Assembly: GCA_050012535.1 (NCBI GenBank)
Contig: JBEKGZ010000001.1
Location: forward strand, 1 to 57,589
Source of the DNA: Candidatus Bathyarchaeia archaeon
GTDB lineage: Archaea > Thermoproteota > Bathyarchaeia > 40CM-2-53-6
Direction: 5' to 3'
DNA: 57,589 nt
The notes beneath the pieces were generated by a model. That model saw nothing but the letters and a program-made list of their open reading frames with translations, made no database searches and was not told the origin of the DNA. A program made the translations under genes and the position numbers. This document shows, one piece after another, positions 27,178-37,265 of the stretch. Numbering within the stretch: the stretch's first letter is position 1; each line of letters opens with the position of its first letter.

Positions 27178-27411
27178 TTGAGGAAGTTGGGCAAGGTCCT
27201 TCATGTGTCGAAAAGCCATGCCCTCATCGTGAAACTTGATCCTCCGAGATTTGTACGACCTGGCACGAAGGCCTGTGATAGTAAACTGAAGAGTGTCGGT
27301 GTCGTGATGGACATCCTCGGCCCAGTTTCTGGACCGTACGCCTCCGTGAAGCCAACGATTGCTAAGCCAGAATCGGTCGTCGGACGAACAGTATACGCCC
27401 TTGAAGACTGA
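27178..27411 (+). CDS. gar1: H/ACA RNP protein Gar1
   Basis: MRKLGKVLHVSKS.ALIVK...GVVMDILGPVSGPYASVKP matches archaeal Gar1. TTG start. 77 aa. Confidence 0.75.
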   Translation: MRKLGKVLHVSKSHALIVKLDPPRFVRPGTKACDSKLKSVGVVMDILGPVSGPYASVKPTIAKPESVVGRTVYALED

Positions 27412-27424
27412 TAATGGTGGAAAG

Positions 27425-28378
27425 ATGGAAGACGCACAAGTAGATCCAGTAGAAGCCGTGCAACCCCAACCGAGAATCAGAGTCTGCCCGGAGTGTGGCG
27501 GCTCCAAGTTAATGCGAGACTACGACGCTGCCGAGATTGTATGTGTCAATTGCGGGTGCGTGATTGCTGAGAAGTTGGCTGACAGTCGACCGGAATGGCG
27601 CGCATTCGATGACGAACAGAAAGCAAAGAGGTCTCGCGCAGGCGCGCCCCTGACTTTCACAATTCATGACAAAGGTCTCTCGACAGTCATCGACTGGCGG
27701 GATAGAAGAGGAAGCGGTCGACAGATGAGTGCGACCGAACGCCTCGACATGTACAAGCTTCGCAAATGGCAAAGACGAGTGCGCGTTTCAGACGCAACGG
27801 AACGCAACTTGGCAGTTGCTCTATCTGAATTGAGCAAGCTAGCGTCAACGCTGAACCTTCCGAAGAACCTTCTCGAAACAGCTTCCGTCATTTACAGGCG
27901 CGCCATAAAGAAAAGACTCATACGTGGAAGATCGATTCACAACGTGACTGCGGCCGCGATCTACATGAGCTGCAGGCAATGCGGTGTTCCAAGGACACTC
28001 GACGAGATTGCGAGCGCCAGTAGCCTGAGCAAGAAAGACATCGGCAGGAGCTACCGCTTCATGGTTCGAGAGCTAGAAACCTTCGTGCCTCCATCTACAA
28101 GTCGCCACTATGCAGCCCGCTTCAGCAACAAACTGGTAATCTCCGGAAAGGCTGAGGCGATGGCGATTCGCATACTTGAAACGGCGACACGAATGAAATT
28201 GACAAGCGGCAGGGGGCCGACCGGAATCGCTGCTGCCGCAACATACATTGCCGCTGTGCTGACGAATGAGCGGAAGACGCAACGCGAGATCGCTGAGATC
28301 GCGAACGTCACAGAAGTGACGATTCGCAATCGCTACAAGGAGCTACTTGAGCGACTATTCATCGAAGTTCCAATGTAA
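27425..28378 (+). CDS. tfb: Transcription initiation factor IIB (TFB)
   Basis: Zn ribbon CPECGG..CVNCG, a B-reader (RPEWRAF) and two cyclin repeats. The likely start is ATG 27425; the longest ORF starts at 27359 and overlaps gar1. Confidence 0.9.
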   Translation: MEDAQVDPVEAVQPQPRIRVCPECGGSKLMRDYDAAEIVCVNCGCVIAEKLADSRPEWRAFDDEQKAKRSRAGAPLTFTIHDKGLSTVIDWRDRRGSGRQMSATERLDMYKLRKWQRRVRVSDATERNLAVALSELSKLASTLNLPKNLLETASVIYRRAIKKRLIRGRSIHNVTAAAIYMSCRQCGVPRTLDEIASASSLSKKDIGRSYRFMVRELETFVPPSTSRHYAARFSNKLVISGKAEAMAIRILETATRMKLTSGRGPTGIAAAATYIAAVLTNERKTQREIAEIANVTEVTIRNRYKELLERLFIEVPM

Positions 28379-28527
28379 TGCATCTACGGTTTGCACTTCT
28401 GGGAACAAACTGCGGTGACTGCGATCCCGAGTGTTAGTAATGCTTGGCTATTTTCAAGCAACAAAGAGTCCGATCTGTATGCATTGATTGTCTAGCTTTG
28501 AGTCTGGCCTGGCCTATTCAGGACGTC

Positions 28528-29472
28528 TCAGGCAGAGTCTGTGGACCTACGTCTTCTGCGAAGGTATATTGCAACGATCACAAGAACGATTACGACTCCA
28601 ATACCCAACGCAAGGAAAGGAACTGAGAGTAACTGGCCTACGAAAGGAACCGAGAGTAACTGGCCTACGATGTCTGTCCTAGTTGTCGTAGTAGTGGGTA
28701 GCTCTAACACAACTGTGAACGTGATGGGAATCCTGATGACATGGTTGAACTGAAGATCGTCTGTGTAATACACCGAGACTGTCGCCACGTGGGTTCCTTC
28801 ACGCGCACCTGAGTCGACCATTGCTGTTACGCTAAACGGCGCTGGTGCATTCGGATCGACTTCTCCAACATACGTCGGCTGGACAGATCCTTTCACGAAC
28901 GTTTCATTAGAATCGACGGTTACATTCGTATACATCGCAGAGACAACCCCCCGATTTAGGATATTCCCTGAAATCGTTACCTCCTGACCAGGAAGAACTA
29001 ACTCTGGGTCTACAGTGATCTCATACACCGCAATGTCGATCCACCCTCGGACTAGGAAGGAGATTGCGTGATTCTCAGTCGTCAAGGTTGCCTCACCAAC
29101 GGCCTTGTACAGAGCGACGACACTGCCTTGTTGTGTAGTATCCGCAGCTGAGGTAGGCGCAAAGACTGTGAGGTTGGCATTAATTGACTCTCCCGGTGAG
29201 AAAGAGGGTCGAATCCAGTGGTTGTCGCCAAACAGCACGAGTGGCGGCGGAATGGTCAGAGCGACATCGAGGTCTTTCAGATATTTGCCGACATTTGTGA
29301 TCTCGATCGCCAGCGTGTTGTTTCGTGCCGCGACAAGCACGGTGCCTGAGGAGGTAACGGAAAGGTTGGATGATGAGGCATGTCCAACTTGTACTCCCGA
29401 CGCCGCCATGGCAACGATTAGCACAGCCAGAACAATCATACTTGATCGTGCGGTTCTTCCTCGACCAGCCAT
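28528..29472 (-). CDS. Secreted / C-terminally anchored cell-surface protein (CARDB / S-layer-domain-like)
   Basis: Signal peptide, beta-rich body, a Thr-rich linker (PTTTTTRT), a C-terminal TM helix and an RRRRR stop-transfer. Confidence 0.6.
   Translation of the reverse strand: MAGRGRTARSSMIVLAVLIVAMAASGVQVGHASSSNLSVTSSGTVLVAARNNTLAIEITNVGKYLKDLDVALTIPPPLVLFGDNHWIRPSFSPGESINANLTVFAPTSAADTTQQGSVVALYKAVGEATLTTENHAISFLVRGWIDIAVYEITVDPELVLPGQEVTISGNILNRGVVSAMYTNVTVDSNETFVKGSVQPTYVGEVDPNAPAPFSVTAMVDSGAREGTHVATVSVYYTDDLQFNHVIRIPITFTVVLELPTTTTTRTDIVGQLLSVPFVGQLLSVPFLALGIGVVIVLVIVAIYLRRRRRSTDSA
28615..28668. repeat. Tandem 27-nt direct repeat (2 copies, 1 mismatch) inside the surface-protein CDS
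   Basis: gaaaggaactgagagtaactggcctac is followed by gaaaggaaccgagagtaactggcctac. This encodes VGQLLSVPF twice, just before the TM anchor. Confidence 0.9.
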
Positions 29473-29578
29473 CTCGCATCAGCCACAGATTTGACCGAGC
29501 AAGTATGATATCGAGATAAAAAGGTAGGCTTGGTCCCCGACGCCTGCACGACAGAATGGTCAGATCGAGCGTTGCAGT

Positions 29579-32500
29579 CTAATGCGACTTCCGCAGCTTT
29601 CGTATGCCAGAATGACGCTGCCGACGATGAGATGTGGTGCGTTTCCGGTGCCTGCGTAGGCCAATTGAGAAGACATCATCTCCGATTGACCATTCTTTAA
29701 CAAGCTCGCCGTGCGCCTTCGCTGGGTCGGACTTTTGGACCACTAGCGTCCGTGCTCGCACTTCACCCAAGATGTAGTCATGTCTACTCTTCACAGATGA
29801 TGCTGTCTCATCTGTTGATGCGACCACATCAACGTTGACGAAATCGTCCACCCTAAGGTCCATCTCCTTGCGCATCTGTTGAATTCTTCTGACCAAGTCG
29901 CGCGCCAGACCGTCTGCGACCTCATCGGGAGAAAGTGTTGTGTCGATGGATACCCTGCCTCCGTCAAAGTCCGCGGCAGGCTCGGCATCCTTCGCTTCTT
30001 CGATGAAATTCACGTATTTGTCGTATATCGTTACCTTCTCGGAGTCGATTTCAATCTCTACTTTTCCCTGGGACAGCTGCTTCCTAAGATCCTCGGGATT
30101 CATAGCTGTCAGCTTTTGAGCCACTTTTGCCGCTCGCGACTTGAGCTCGGGGCCAAGCGTGGCCATGATCGGCACAGTTCGAAGGGTGACGCTCTCTTTC
30201 GATTCGGATGGCAGAGACACATTCAGAGATCGAGTGTTCATCTGGTCGAGAAGAAGAGCCTTCATCCGTAGCACGGCATCGCGCACTTCATCCTTTCCGG
30301 TGACAATGTTCACGCTCCTCACTGGTTGTCTAAGCTTGAGGCCTGCCTTCATTCTCGCCATCGCGGCCGCAGAGATAACTCGCTGACAGATGTCAAGTCG
30401 TCTCTCTAGGTCGTCATCCCGCCATACGCTGTTCGCTTTAGGCCAATCAAGTGCATGAACTGTGACGTGCGGTTTCGCCGTCGCGGATTTGAACATGCCT
30501 TGGTAGAGCGCCTCGGCGATGAACGGAGTAAAGGGAGCTATCATTACTGCAGCTTGGCGCAGTGCGTGAGAGAGGACCGCGTAACTGGCTAGTTTGTCAG
30601 GGTTCTCTTTTTCAACCCATGTTCGTTTTCTAACCAGCCGAATGTAGTTGTGACTGAGATCTTCAACGAGGAAGGTCCGCAAAGTCCGCACGGCTTCATG
30701 GATGCGGTAACCTTCCATTGCTGAACTCACAGACTCGATCGTGTGTTCAGTGCGGCTCATTAGCCAGAGATCCTCTTCCCTCATATGCTGCCTCATCTTC
30801 TCAGGCGGGTGCTCGGTTGGGTCAAATCTGTCTAGGTTCATGTAGGTACTGGCAAACACGTACACGTTCCAGATTGTTTGAAGGTCTCCGGCGATCTGTG
30901 CAAGAACCTTCCATGAGAATCTCAGATCTTCCCAAGGCGTATTCTGCAGCACGTACAATCGAAGCGCGTCGCGTCCATGTCGATCGATCGCCTCTTGCGG
31001 CACTACGAAATTGCCAAGAGACTTGTGCATCTCACGTCCTTGCTCATCGAGCATGAAACCGTGCATGAGCACTGTCTTGTATGGAGTCTCCCCAAACGCC
31101 ACGAGGCCAGCCTTGAGTAGAGAGAAGAACCATCCGGAGATCTGGTCGCGTCCTTCCACGATGAAGTCCGCTGGCCACCATTTCTTCGCTTCAGCTTGGC
31201 TCTTCGGATATCCTAGGCATGCATAGGATGAGACCCCGGAATCGAACCATCCTACCATCACGTCAGGGAGTCTTCTCATCTGGCCTCCGCAGGCGCATTT
31301 GAGCCTGACTTCGTTAACCCAAGGGACATGCATCTCTTTGGGTATCTTGTTGTCAATGCTCTTTTCCTTTAGCTCCTTCAATGAACCGATAACTTCTCTG
31401 CGCTTGCAGGACTCGCATACCCAGATTGGGAGCGGCGTACCCCAGAATCGCTGTCTCGAGATGACCCAGTCTCTCAGTCCTTGGAGCCAGTTGCGGAACT
31501 GATTTGCACCAGCCCAGTCTGGGATCCATCGGGTTGCCTCGATGTCGGCGATCATCTTGTCGCGCATCTGGGTGACTTTGATGAACCATTGGTCGGTCGC
31601 GCGTATGATAAGCTGAGTGTGGCAACGCCAGCAGACGGGACTTCTGTGAACTATCTCACCTGCGAAGAGAAGTGCCCCCCTCGCTTTGAGGTCCTCGATC
31701 ACCTCTGGGTTTGCCTGTCTGACATCCTTGCCAGCATACTTACCTGCTTCAGCAACCATCTTGCCTTGGCTGTCGACTAACATGACCACCGGAAGTCCGG
31801 TGCGGCGACCCACTTCATAGTCCTCTTCTCCATGCCCAGGGGCTGAATGCACGCATCCAGTTCCATCTTCGAGAGTCACGTACTCTGCACTGAGCACAAC
31901 GCGATGACCGCCCGTCATGTGAGCTTGTGCAGGAACTATGTCCGCCAAGGGGGATTTGTATCGAAGGCCCTCGATCGTTTGCCCCTTGAACGTCTCCAAC
32001 AGTTCAAGCTTTGTACCGGTCTCTGCGGCAACATACGGTATTCTTTCCTTCGCCATGATGTAGACTTCGTTTTCGCATCTCACACGCGCGTACTCGTATT
32101 CTGGGTGAACCATCACGGCGGTGTTCGATGGCAGCGTCCAAGGTGTAGTAGTCCAGATGAGAATGTACTCGTTCTCGCGTCCCTCAACTGGAAACTTCAC
32201 ATAGATTGACGGATCTCTCAGCTCGCGATACTCCAAGACAACCTCATAATCGGACAGTACAGTCTCGCAACGAGGGCACCAGTGGACAACCTTCAAACCA
32301 TGTTCCAGAAGCCCGTCCTCGTGCGACTTCTTCACAGTCCACCATGCGGACTCAACGTACGCATTATCGTCGGTGAGATAGGGTCGTTTCCAATCCATCC
32401 ACACTCCGAGGTCGGCGAATATCCGGCTCATTGCCTTTGAGTTGGTGTTGGCGAAATCCTTGCACTCGGAGACGAACTTGTCGAGACCGTATACTTCCAC

Positions 32501-32833
32501 ATCGCGCTTCTGTTTGAAATCGTGTTGCCGCTCAATGGCGAGCTCGATTGGCAGGCCATGGCAATCATATCCAGGCTGGTCTCTGCAATTGAAGCCCATT
32601 GACCTTTCGTACCTAAGGACCACGTCCTTGACGACCTTGTTCCAGCATGTGCCAATGTGAGGCGTGTCTGATGAGGGGAAGGGAGGACCGTCAAGGAAGT
32701 AGAATTTCGGGCCGTCAGATCTCTGTGCCTTCACCACCTCGTACGCGCTGGCCTTCTTCCAGAGGCTTTGTACGGTCTGTTCGACTTCCTTCCAGTTGTA
32801 TGTCTTAGCTAATGCTCCGATCTCATGCTTCAA
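29579..32833 (-). CDS. ileS: Isoleucyl-tRNA synthetase
   Basis: HIGH-type TPHIGT, KMSKS-type EMHKSLGN and a CP1 editing domain. 1084 aa. Confidence 0.9.
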   Translation of the reverse strand: MKHEIGALAKTYNWKEVEQTVQSLWKKASAYEVVKAQRSDGPKFYFLDGPPFPSSDTPHIGTCWNKVVKDVVLRYERSMGFNCRDQPGYDCHGLPIELAIERQHDFKQKRDVEVYGLDKFVSECKDFANTNSKAMSRIFADLGVWMDWKRPYLTDDNAYVESAWWTVKKSHEDGLLEHGLKVVHWCPRCETVLSDYEVVLEYRELRDPSIYVKFPVEGRENEYILIWTTTPWTLPSNTAVMVHPEYEYARVRCENEVYIMAKERIPYVAAETGTKLELLETFKGQTIEGLRYKSPLADIVPAQAHMTGGHRVVLSAEYVTLEDGTGCVHSAPGHGEEDYEVGRRTGLPVVMLVDSQGKMVAEAGKYAGKDVRQANPEVIEDLKARGALLFAGEIVHRSPVCWRCHTQLIIRATDQWFIKVTQMRDKMIADIEATRWIPDWAGANQFRNWLQGLRDWVISRQRFWGTPLPIWVCESCKRREVIGSLKELKEKSIDNKIPKEMHVPWVNEVRLKCACGGQMRRLPDVMVGWFDSGVSSYACLGYPKSQAEAKKWWPADFIVEGRDQISGWFFSLLKAGLVAFGETPYKTVLMHGFMLDEQGREMHKSLGNFVVPQEAIDRHGRDALRLYVLQNTPWEDLRFSWKVLAQIAGDLQTIWNVYVFASTYMNLDRFDPTEHPPEKMRQHMREEDLWLMSRTEHTIESVSSAMEGYRIHEAVRTLRTFLVEDLSHNYIRLVRKRTWVEKENPDKLASYAVLSHALRQAAVMIAPFTPFIAEALYQGMFKSATAKPHVTVHALDWPKANSVWRDDDLERRLDICQRVISAAAMARMKAGLKLRQPVRSVNIVTGKDEVRDAVLRMKALLLDQMNTRSLNVSLPSESKESVTLRTVPIMATLGPELKSRAAKVAQKLTAMNPEDLRKQLSQGKVEIEIDSEKVTIYDKYVNFIEEAKDAEPAADFDGGRVSIDTTLSPDEVADGLARDLVRRIQQMRKEMDLRVDDFVNVDVVASTDETASSVKSRHDYILGEVRARTLVVQKSDPAKAHGELVKEWSIGDDVFSIGLRRHRKRTTSHRRQRHSGIRKLRKSH

Positions 32834-33037
32834 GCAACATCACCTTAGACTTTCCTCACCGCACATAGTCAATCCAAGGCAGGGCTTTCGCCACATCCAA
32901 TGCCGTTGGATATCTGTTTGGGGGCAGCCAAGGCTACGCAATAACTTCGATTTCCCGGTCACCTGTCACAATAGCCACCCGCGGCCAGCTTATACCGCGG
33001 ACAGGTTCTATTTAGCCTTCTTCACGAAACTCGCGTC

Positions 33038-34039
33038 ATGGAGATACAGATGCCCTCGCTGATCCTCGGCATTGAGTCTACGGCGCACACTTTCGGTGCG
33101 AGTGTCGCCAGTTCCGAGGGACGCATCCTTTCTGACGTTAAGCGGGTTTACGTCCCAATGGCAGGACGGGGGATACATCCAAGGGAAGCAGCACAGCATC
33201 ACTCATCAATAGCCGATTCCGTGATTCGAGGTGCGCTCAGAGACGCAGAAGTCGAAGCCAGAGAGATTGATGGTGTAGCGATCGCGCTGGGCCCAGGCCT
33301 CGGACCAACGCTACGAATCGGCGCGACCATTGCGAGGGCAATTGCCTCTAGACTCCGAATTCCCCTGATACCGGTCCACCACGCAATCGGCCACATAGAG
33401 ATCGGCTCCCTTACGACAGGTTCTCGTGACCCGCTGGTAGTTCTGCTCTCTGGGGGACATACAACCATAGCAGCGTTTGCCAGCCGTCGGTGGAGAATCT
33501 ACGGTGAGACAGAAGACATAACCCTCGGCAACCTGCTGGACATGTTCGCTCGCTCTGCAGGTCTCGCTTCGCCAGGGGGACCTGTGATTGAGCGGCTCGC
33601 AGCCAAGAGCAGCAATTTCGTCGAGCTTCCATACACCGTGAAAGGAAACGATGTCTCCTATTCTGGCCTCCTTACCGCGGCGACGAAGCTGTTAGACGCA
33701 GGAACGTCGGTTGAGGATCTCTGCTACTCAGTCCAAGAAGTGTCATTCTCGATGCTGGCGGAGGCGGTGGAGCGAAGCCTAGCACACACAGAGAAGGAAG
33801 AAGTTCTGCTCGTTGGAGGCGTTGCCTCGAACTCCTTTCTCCGAAAGAAGCTTGAGATGGTTGCAGAGGAACATAATGCAACATTCTGCGCCGTGGATCA
33901 CAAGTTTGCAGGCGACTGCGGTGCCCAAATCTCGTGGACTGGAACATTGGCTTTCGAGTGTCACTCGTTCGTCGAGATCGAACAGAGTCAAGTCAGGCCC
34001 CGCTGGCGACTAGATGAGGTCGAAATCCCTTGGAGATGA
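33038..34039 (+). CDS. kae1: tRNA N6-adenosine threonylcarbamoyltransferase Kae1 (KEOPS)
   Basis: ILGIESTAHTFG and HH metal-site motifs. 333 aa. Not fused to Bud32. Confidence 0.85.
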   Translation: MEIQMPSLILGIESTAHTFGASVASSEGRILSDVKRVYVPMAGRGIHPREAAQHHSSIADSVIRGALRDAEVEAREIDGVAIALGPGLGPTLRIGATIARAIASRLRIPLIPVHHAIGHIEIGSLTTGSRDPLVVLLSGGHTTIAAFASRRWRIYGETEDITLGNLLDMFARSAGLASPGGPVIERLAAKSSNFVELPYTVKGNDVSYSGLLTAATKLLDAGTSVEDLCYSVQEVSFSMLAEAVERSLAHTEKEEVLLVGGVASNSFLRKKLEMVAEEHNATFCAVDHKFAGDCGAQISWTGTLAFECHSFVEIEQSQVRPRWRLDEVEIPWR

Positions 34040-34703
34040 TCCTGCCATGCTAATCCGCAAGGGGGCGGAGGCTAGCATATTCCTAGAGGAGTGGCATGGC
34101 AGACAAGTCGTCATGAAGACTCGCCTCCCGAAGGCGTACAGGGTCGAGCGCCTGGACTGTTCTATCAGAATTGCGCGAACGTCACGCGAAGCACATCTCC
34201 TCCACGATTCCAAACGCGCGGGGGTTCCCACGCCGACAGTGTATGAGGTGGACACAGCAACCTGTACGATCATCATGGATTATGTCAACGGCCCCCGCCT
34301 GAAGGAGGCTTTCTTCGGAATGGACGATTCGGATCTTAGGCGAACTTGTTGCCTTGTAGGATCACTTGTAGGTCGACTTCACTCGGGCGGTATTGTTCAC
34401 GGCGATCTTACTACTTCCAACATGATTCTCAGAGATGCAGACAAACTGTTCTTCATCGACTTTGGCTTGAGCGGCTACTCAGATGAACCGGAGGCAAGAG
34501 GCGTAGACCTATTGCTCATGAACAGGGCATTCAAGAGCACGCATTTCGCATTACACTCAAGAGGCTTCGAAGCCGTCCTCGATGGCTACCGACGAGTCAT
34601 AGGACGAAAAGGCACAGAGTGCGTCCTAACGAAGATGCATGAGATTGAAAAACGAGGGAGGTATAGTGAAAGAACACAGACGAATCTGGTTCCTAACATC
34701 TAA
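34014..34703 (+). CDS. bud32: KEOPS kinase/ATPase Bud32
   Basis: Small RIO-like kinase with KGAEA, VMKTR and HGDLTTSNMIL. Overlaps the kae1 end; an alternative start is ATG 34044. Confidence 0.8.
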   Translation: MRSKSLGDDPAMLIRKGAEASIFLEEWHGRQVVMKTRLPKAYRVERLDCSIRIARTSREAHLLHDSKRAGVPTPTVYEVDTATCTIIMDYVNGPRLKEAFFGMDDSDLRRTCCLVGSLVGRLHSGGIVHGDLTTSNMILRDADKLFFIDFGLSGYSDEPEARGVDLLLMNRAFKSTHFALHSRGFEAVLDGYRRVIGRKGTECVLTKMHEIEKRGRYSERTQTNLVPNI

Positions 34704-35247
34704 CAAAGGGAAATTCAGGGAAGCACAAGCCGTGGCGAAAGCTTCCGGACTGCAACTGCAAATGCTTCTTGCTCCAAAGATCGAGATCCAATCTGACAAC
34801 CTCTCAGAAATCGCCTCGTATGGGGCTCAGGAAGCGGCCAACCGTCTTGGGATCCCTGTCGTAGCCGAAGATGCAGGTCTGTTCATTCGCAAGCTCAACG
34901 GATTTCCCGGCCCTTACTCGTCAGACGTCTTCAAACGACTCGGCAACAAAGGCATCCTGAAGCTAATGGAAGGTGTCTCCAATAGGAGCGCCAAGTTCTC
35001 ATCCGTCGCAGCCTTCTGTACACCAAGTAGAAAGCCGAGGTGTTTCGTGGGGAGTGTATTCGGATACATGGGACTGCGGCCTCGGGGGGCGAGCGGTTTT
35101 GGATTTGATCCCATCTTCATCCCGACGAAGGGAGATGGCCGAACGTTTGCGCAGATGACTGTGAGGGAAAAGAACAGGTTTTCTCACAGGGCAACCTCAT
35201 TCAAGAAACTTTCGAAATGGCTACTCACAACGCGAGCCTATTGGTAA
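34666..35247 (+). CDS. Non-canonical purine NTP pyrophosphatase (HAM1/RdgB family)
   Basis: Motifs FLTSNKGKFREA, EDAGLF, FGFDPIF and SHRA. The likely start is GTG 34666. Confidence 0.8.
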   Translation: MKEHRRIWFLTSNKGKFREAQAVAKASGLQLQMLLAPKIEIQSDNLSEIASYGAQEAANRLGIPVVAEDAGLFIRKLNGFPGPYSSDVFKRLGNKGILKLMEGVSNRSAKFSSVAAFCTPSRKPRCFVGSVFGYMGLRPRGASGFGFDPIFIPTKGDGRTFAQMTVREKNRFSHRATSFKKLSKWLLTTRAYW

Positions 35248-35305
35248 GAGTCGTCAATAGCGAGTGACACCTCGCAGAACCAACCCAGCTGTCTGCGGGA
35301 ACGAC

Positions 35306-35313
35306 TTAAATAG
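35306..35313 (+). promoter_or_regulatory. Candidate TATA box for rps15
   Basis: ttaaatag lies about 40 nt upstream of the first in-frame GTG. Confidence 0.3.
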
Positions 35314-35349
35314 AGCAGGGATGGTCGAATACCAAAATCTGGAATCAGG

Positions 35350-35823
35350 GTGCACCCTAGGAGTGTGTCTGACTTAGCAAGACTGTACACGAGCAAACGA
35401 GGCCGGTCGGGCTCGACGCGACCCGTCAGCAAGAAGCCCCCGGCTTGGTTCAAGTATACACCGGAGGAAATCGAGGCTCTAATAGCCAAGCTGGCAAAGG
35501 AAGGAAACTCACCGAGTTTGATCGGAACCATTCTCCGAGATAAGTACGGGGTGCCCCTTGTCAAACCTGTGACGGGAAAGAGTGTCACGCAGCTGGCTCG
35601 CGCTTCAGGTCAGGTTCCGAAAGTCCCTGAAGACCTTGACTACCTATTTCGCAGAGCCCAAGGCCTTCGAAAGCACCTGGAGAAGAACAGGAAAGACTAC
35701 CAGAACAAGAGAGCGCTCGCATGCGCCGAGTCCAAAATACACCGCCTTGTGAAGTACTACAAAGCACAGGGCAAGCTGCAGCCGGAGTGGGAATACAAAC
35801 CGATGGCTGCTTCCGTGGCCTAG
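35350..35823 (+). CDS. rps15: Ribosomal protein uS15 (S15P/S13e)
   Basis: ARLYTSKRGRSGSTRP...PEEIEALIAKLAKEG. The start is GTG 35350 or GTG 35365. Confidence 0.85.
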   Translation: MHPRSVSDLARLYTSKRGRSGSTRPVSKKPPAWFKYTPEEIEALIAKLAKEGNSPSLIGTILRDKYGVPLVKPVTGKSVTQLARASGQVPKVPEDLDYLFRRAQGLRKHLEKNRKDYQNKRALACAESKIHRLVKYYKAQGKLQPEWEYKPMAASVA

Positions 35824-35825
35824 AG

Positions 35826-37265
35826 ATGTCGTCTGAACCAGATCTAGAAGGTCTTCTCGCGAGAGCAGTGGAAGCTTCCGAAGTTCTGAGGGATAAAGCA
35901 TCTCACGATTCAAGGATTCTACTACTTTCTCATTACGACGCCGACGGACTAGCGGCAATCGGTATCATGGGATCTAGTCTCGCACGGATCGAAGCGAACT
36001 TCCAACTCAGAGTCATAAAGGAGCTGGCCCCCGAGACTCTGGAGGAAGCTCTGCGCTCTGAACCTGACTTGCTCGTGCTCACAGACATAGGCAGCGGTTA
36101 TCTCGACAGCCTCACGAAAACAGCTGAAGAGCACGAAATCCTGGTAATAGATCATCATCCACCCACCGGAAAAACCCCGATGAGAGTATTCCAGGTCAAC
36201 CCGCATGACTTCGGGCTCGACGGCGCCACAGAGATAAGCGCCGCGGGGCTTGCCTATCTGGTCGCCCGAAAAATGTCTCCGTCAAACATCGATCTCTCTG
36301 TGCTTGCTGTAGTTGGTGCGCTTGGTGACATGCAGGACAAGAACAATGAACGACGCCTACGCGGGCCTAACGAACTCGCAGTCCAAGACGGCATAAAGTG
36401 CGGGTCTCTGAAAACTGACAAGGACTTGCTATTCTTTGGTAGAGAAACTCGACCCATACATCGTGCACTTGCGCTGACCACAACGCCTTACCTGCCACAC
36501 TTGACCGGGGAAGAGGACAATTGCACAGCGTTGCTTGCATCCCACAAGATCCCACTGAAAGTCGGGGAACGATGGAGAACAACCAGCGACCTGAGCCGCG
36601 AGGAGAAGCAGACCCTGCTAAGTGCGATAGTAGAGCTACTCGTCTCGAAGGGCTTCAAGGGAAGCAAGGCGCTGGAACTCATAGGGACCGTCTACACGAT
36701 CACGGGCGAGCCCGCGGGGAGCCTGACGCGAGATGCACGCGAATTCTCGTCAATGCTCAACGCATGCGGGAGAATGGATCGCGAAGGCCTAGCGGTATCA
36801 ATCTGTCTTGGCGAGAGGGGCGGTGTCTTAGAGGAGGTGCAGGAAGTGGTTGCAAGATATCGCAAAACGCTCGCAGAGTACATGGAATGGCTCACTGAAA
36901 CCCCTTCTGCTATCATGGAGCTCAAGGCCGTCTGCGTGGTGAGAGGTGAAGACAAAATCGCAGAGAACATGACAGGTGCATTCTCCTCGATCCTGTCCTC
37001 GGCAGGACACCTCAGGCCGAACAAGGCAACAATTGTGGGCGCGAGATCCAGAGACGGGGGAGTGAAGATATCCGCGAGGGCGCCTAAGGCCCTGTTAGAG
37101 AAGGGAGTGGATCTCGGCCTTGCTCTGCAGAAAGCCTCCACCGCTTTCGGCGGCTTCGGCGGAGGACATAACGTGGCCGCAGGAGCGCACATCCGCTCTA
37201 GTAATGCAGAAGAGTTCTATCGAATGATAGACAGCCTGATCATCGAGCAGATGAAGGAAGAGTGA
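35826..37265 (+). CDS. RecJ/Cdc45-like DHH nuclease (GAN-like)
   Basis: Motifs SHYDADGLAA, IDHH and GGGHNVAAGA. Follows rps15, a common archaeal synteny. Confidence 0.75.
   Translation: MSSEPDLEGLLARAVEASEVLRDKASHDSRILLLSHYDADGLAAIGIMGSSLARIEANFQLRVIKELAPETLEEALRSEPDLLVLTDIGSGYLDSLTKTAEEHEILVIDHHPPTGKTPMRVFQVNPHDFGLDGATEISAAGLAYLVARKMSPSNIDLSVLAVVGALGDMQDKNNERRLRGPNELAVQDGIKCGSLKTDKDLLFFGRETRPIHRALALTTTPYLPHLTGEEDNCTALLASHKIPLKVGERWRTTSDLSREEKQTLLSAIVELLVSKGFKGSKALELIGTVYTITGEPAGSLTRDAREFSSMLNACGRMDREGLAVSICLGERGGVLEEVQEVVARYRKTLAEYMEWLTETPSAIMELKAVCVVRGEDKIAENMTGAFSSILSSAGHLRPNKATIVGARSRDGGVKISARAPKALLEKGVDLGLALQKASTAFGGFGGGHNVAAGAHIRSSNAEEFYRMIDSLIIEQMKEE

Noticed and set aside
27025-27507. 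160-aa minus-strand ORF overlapping gar1 and the tfb start
   Set aside because: It is antisense to two strongly conserved genes, and its translation is low-complexity with no motifs.
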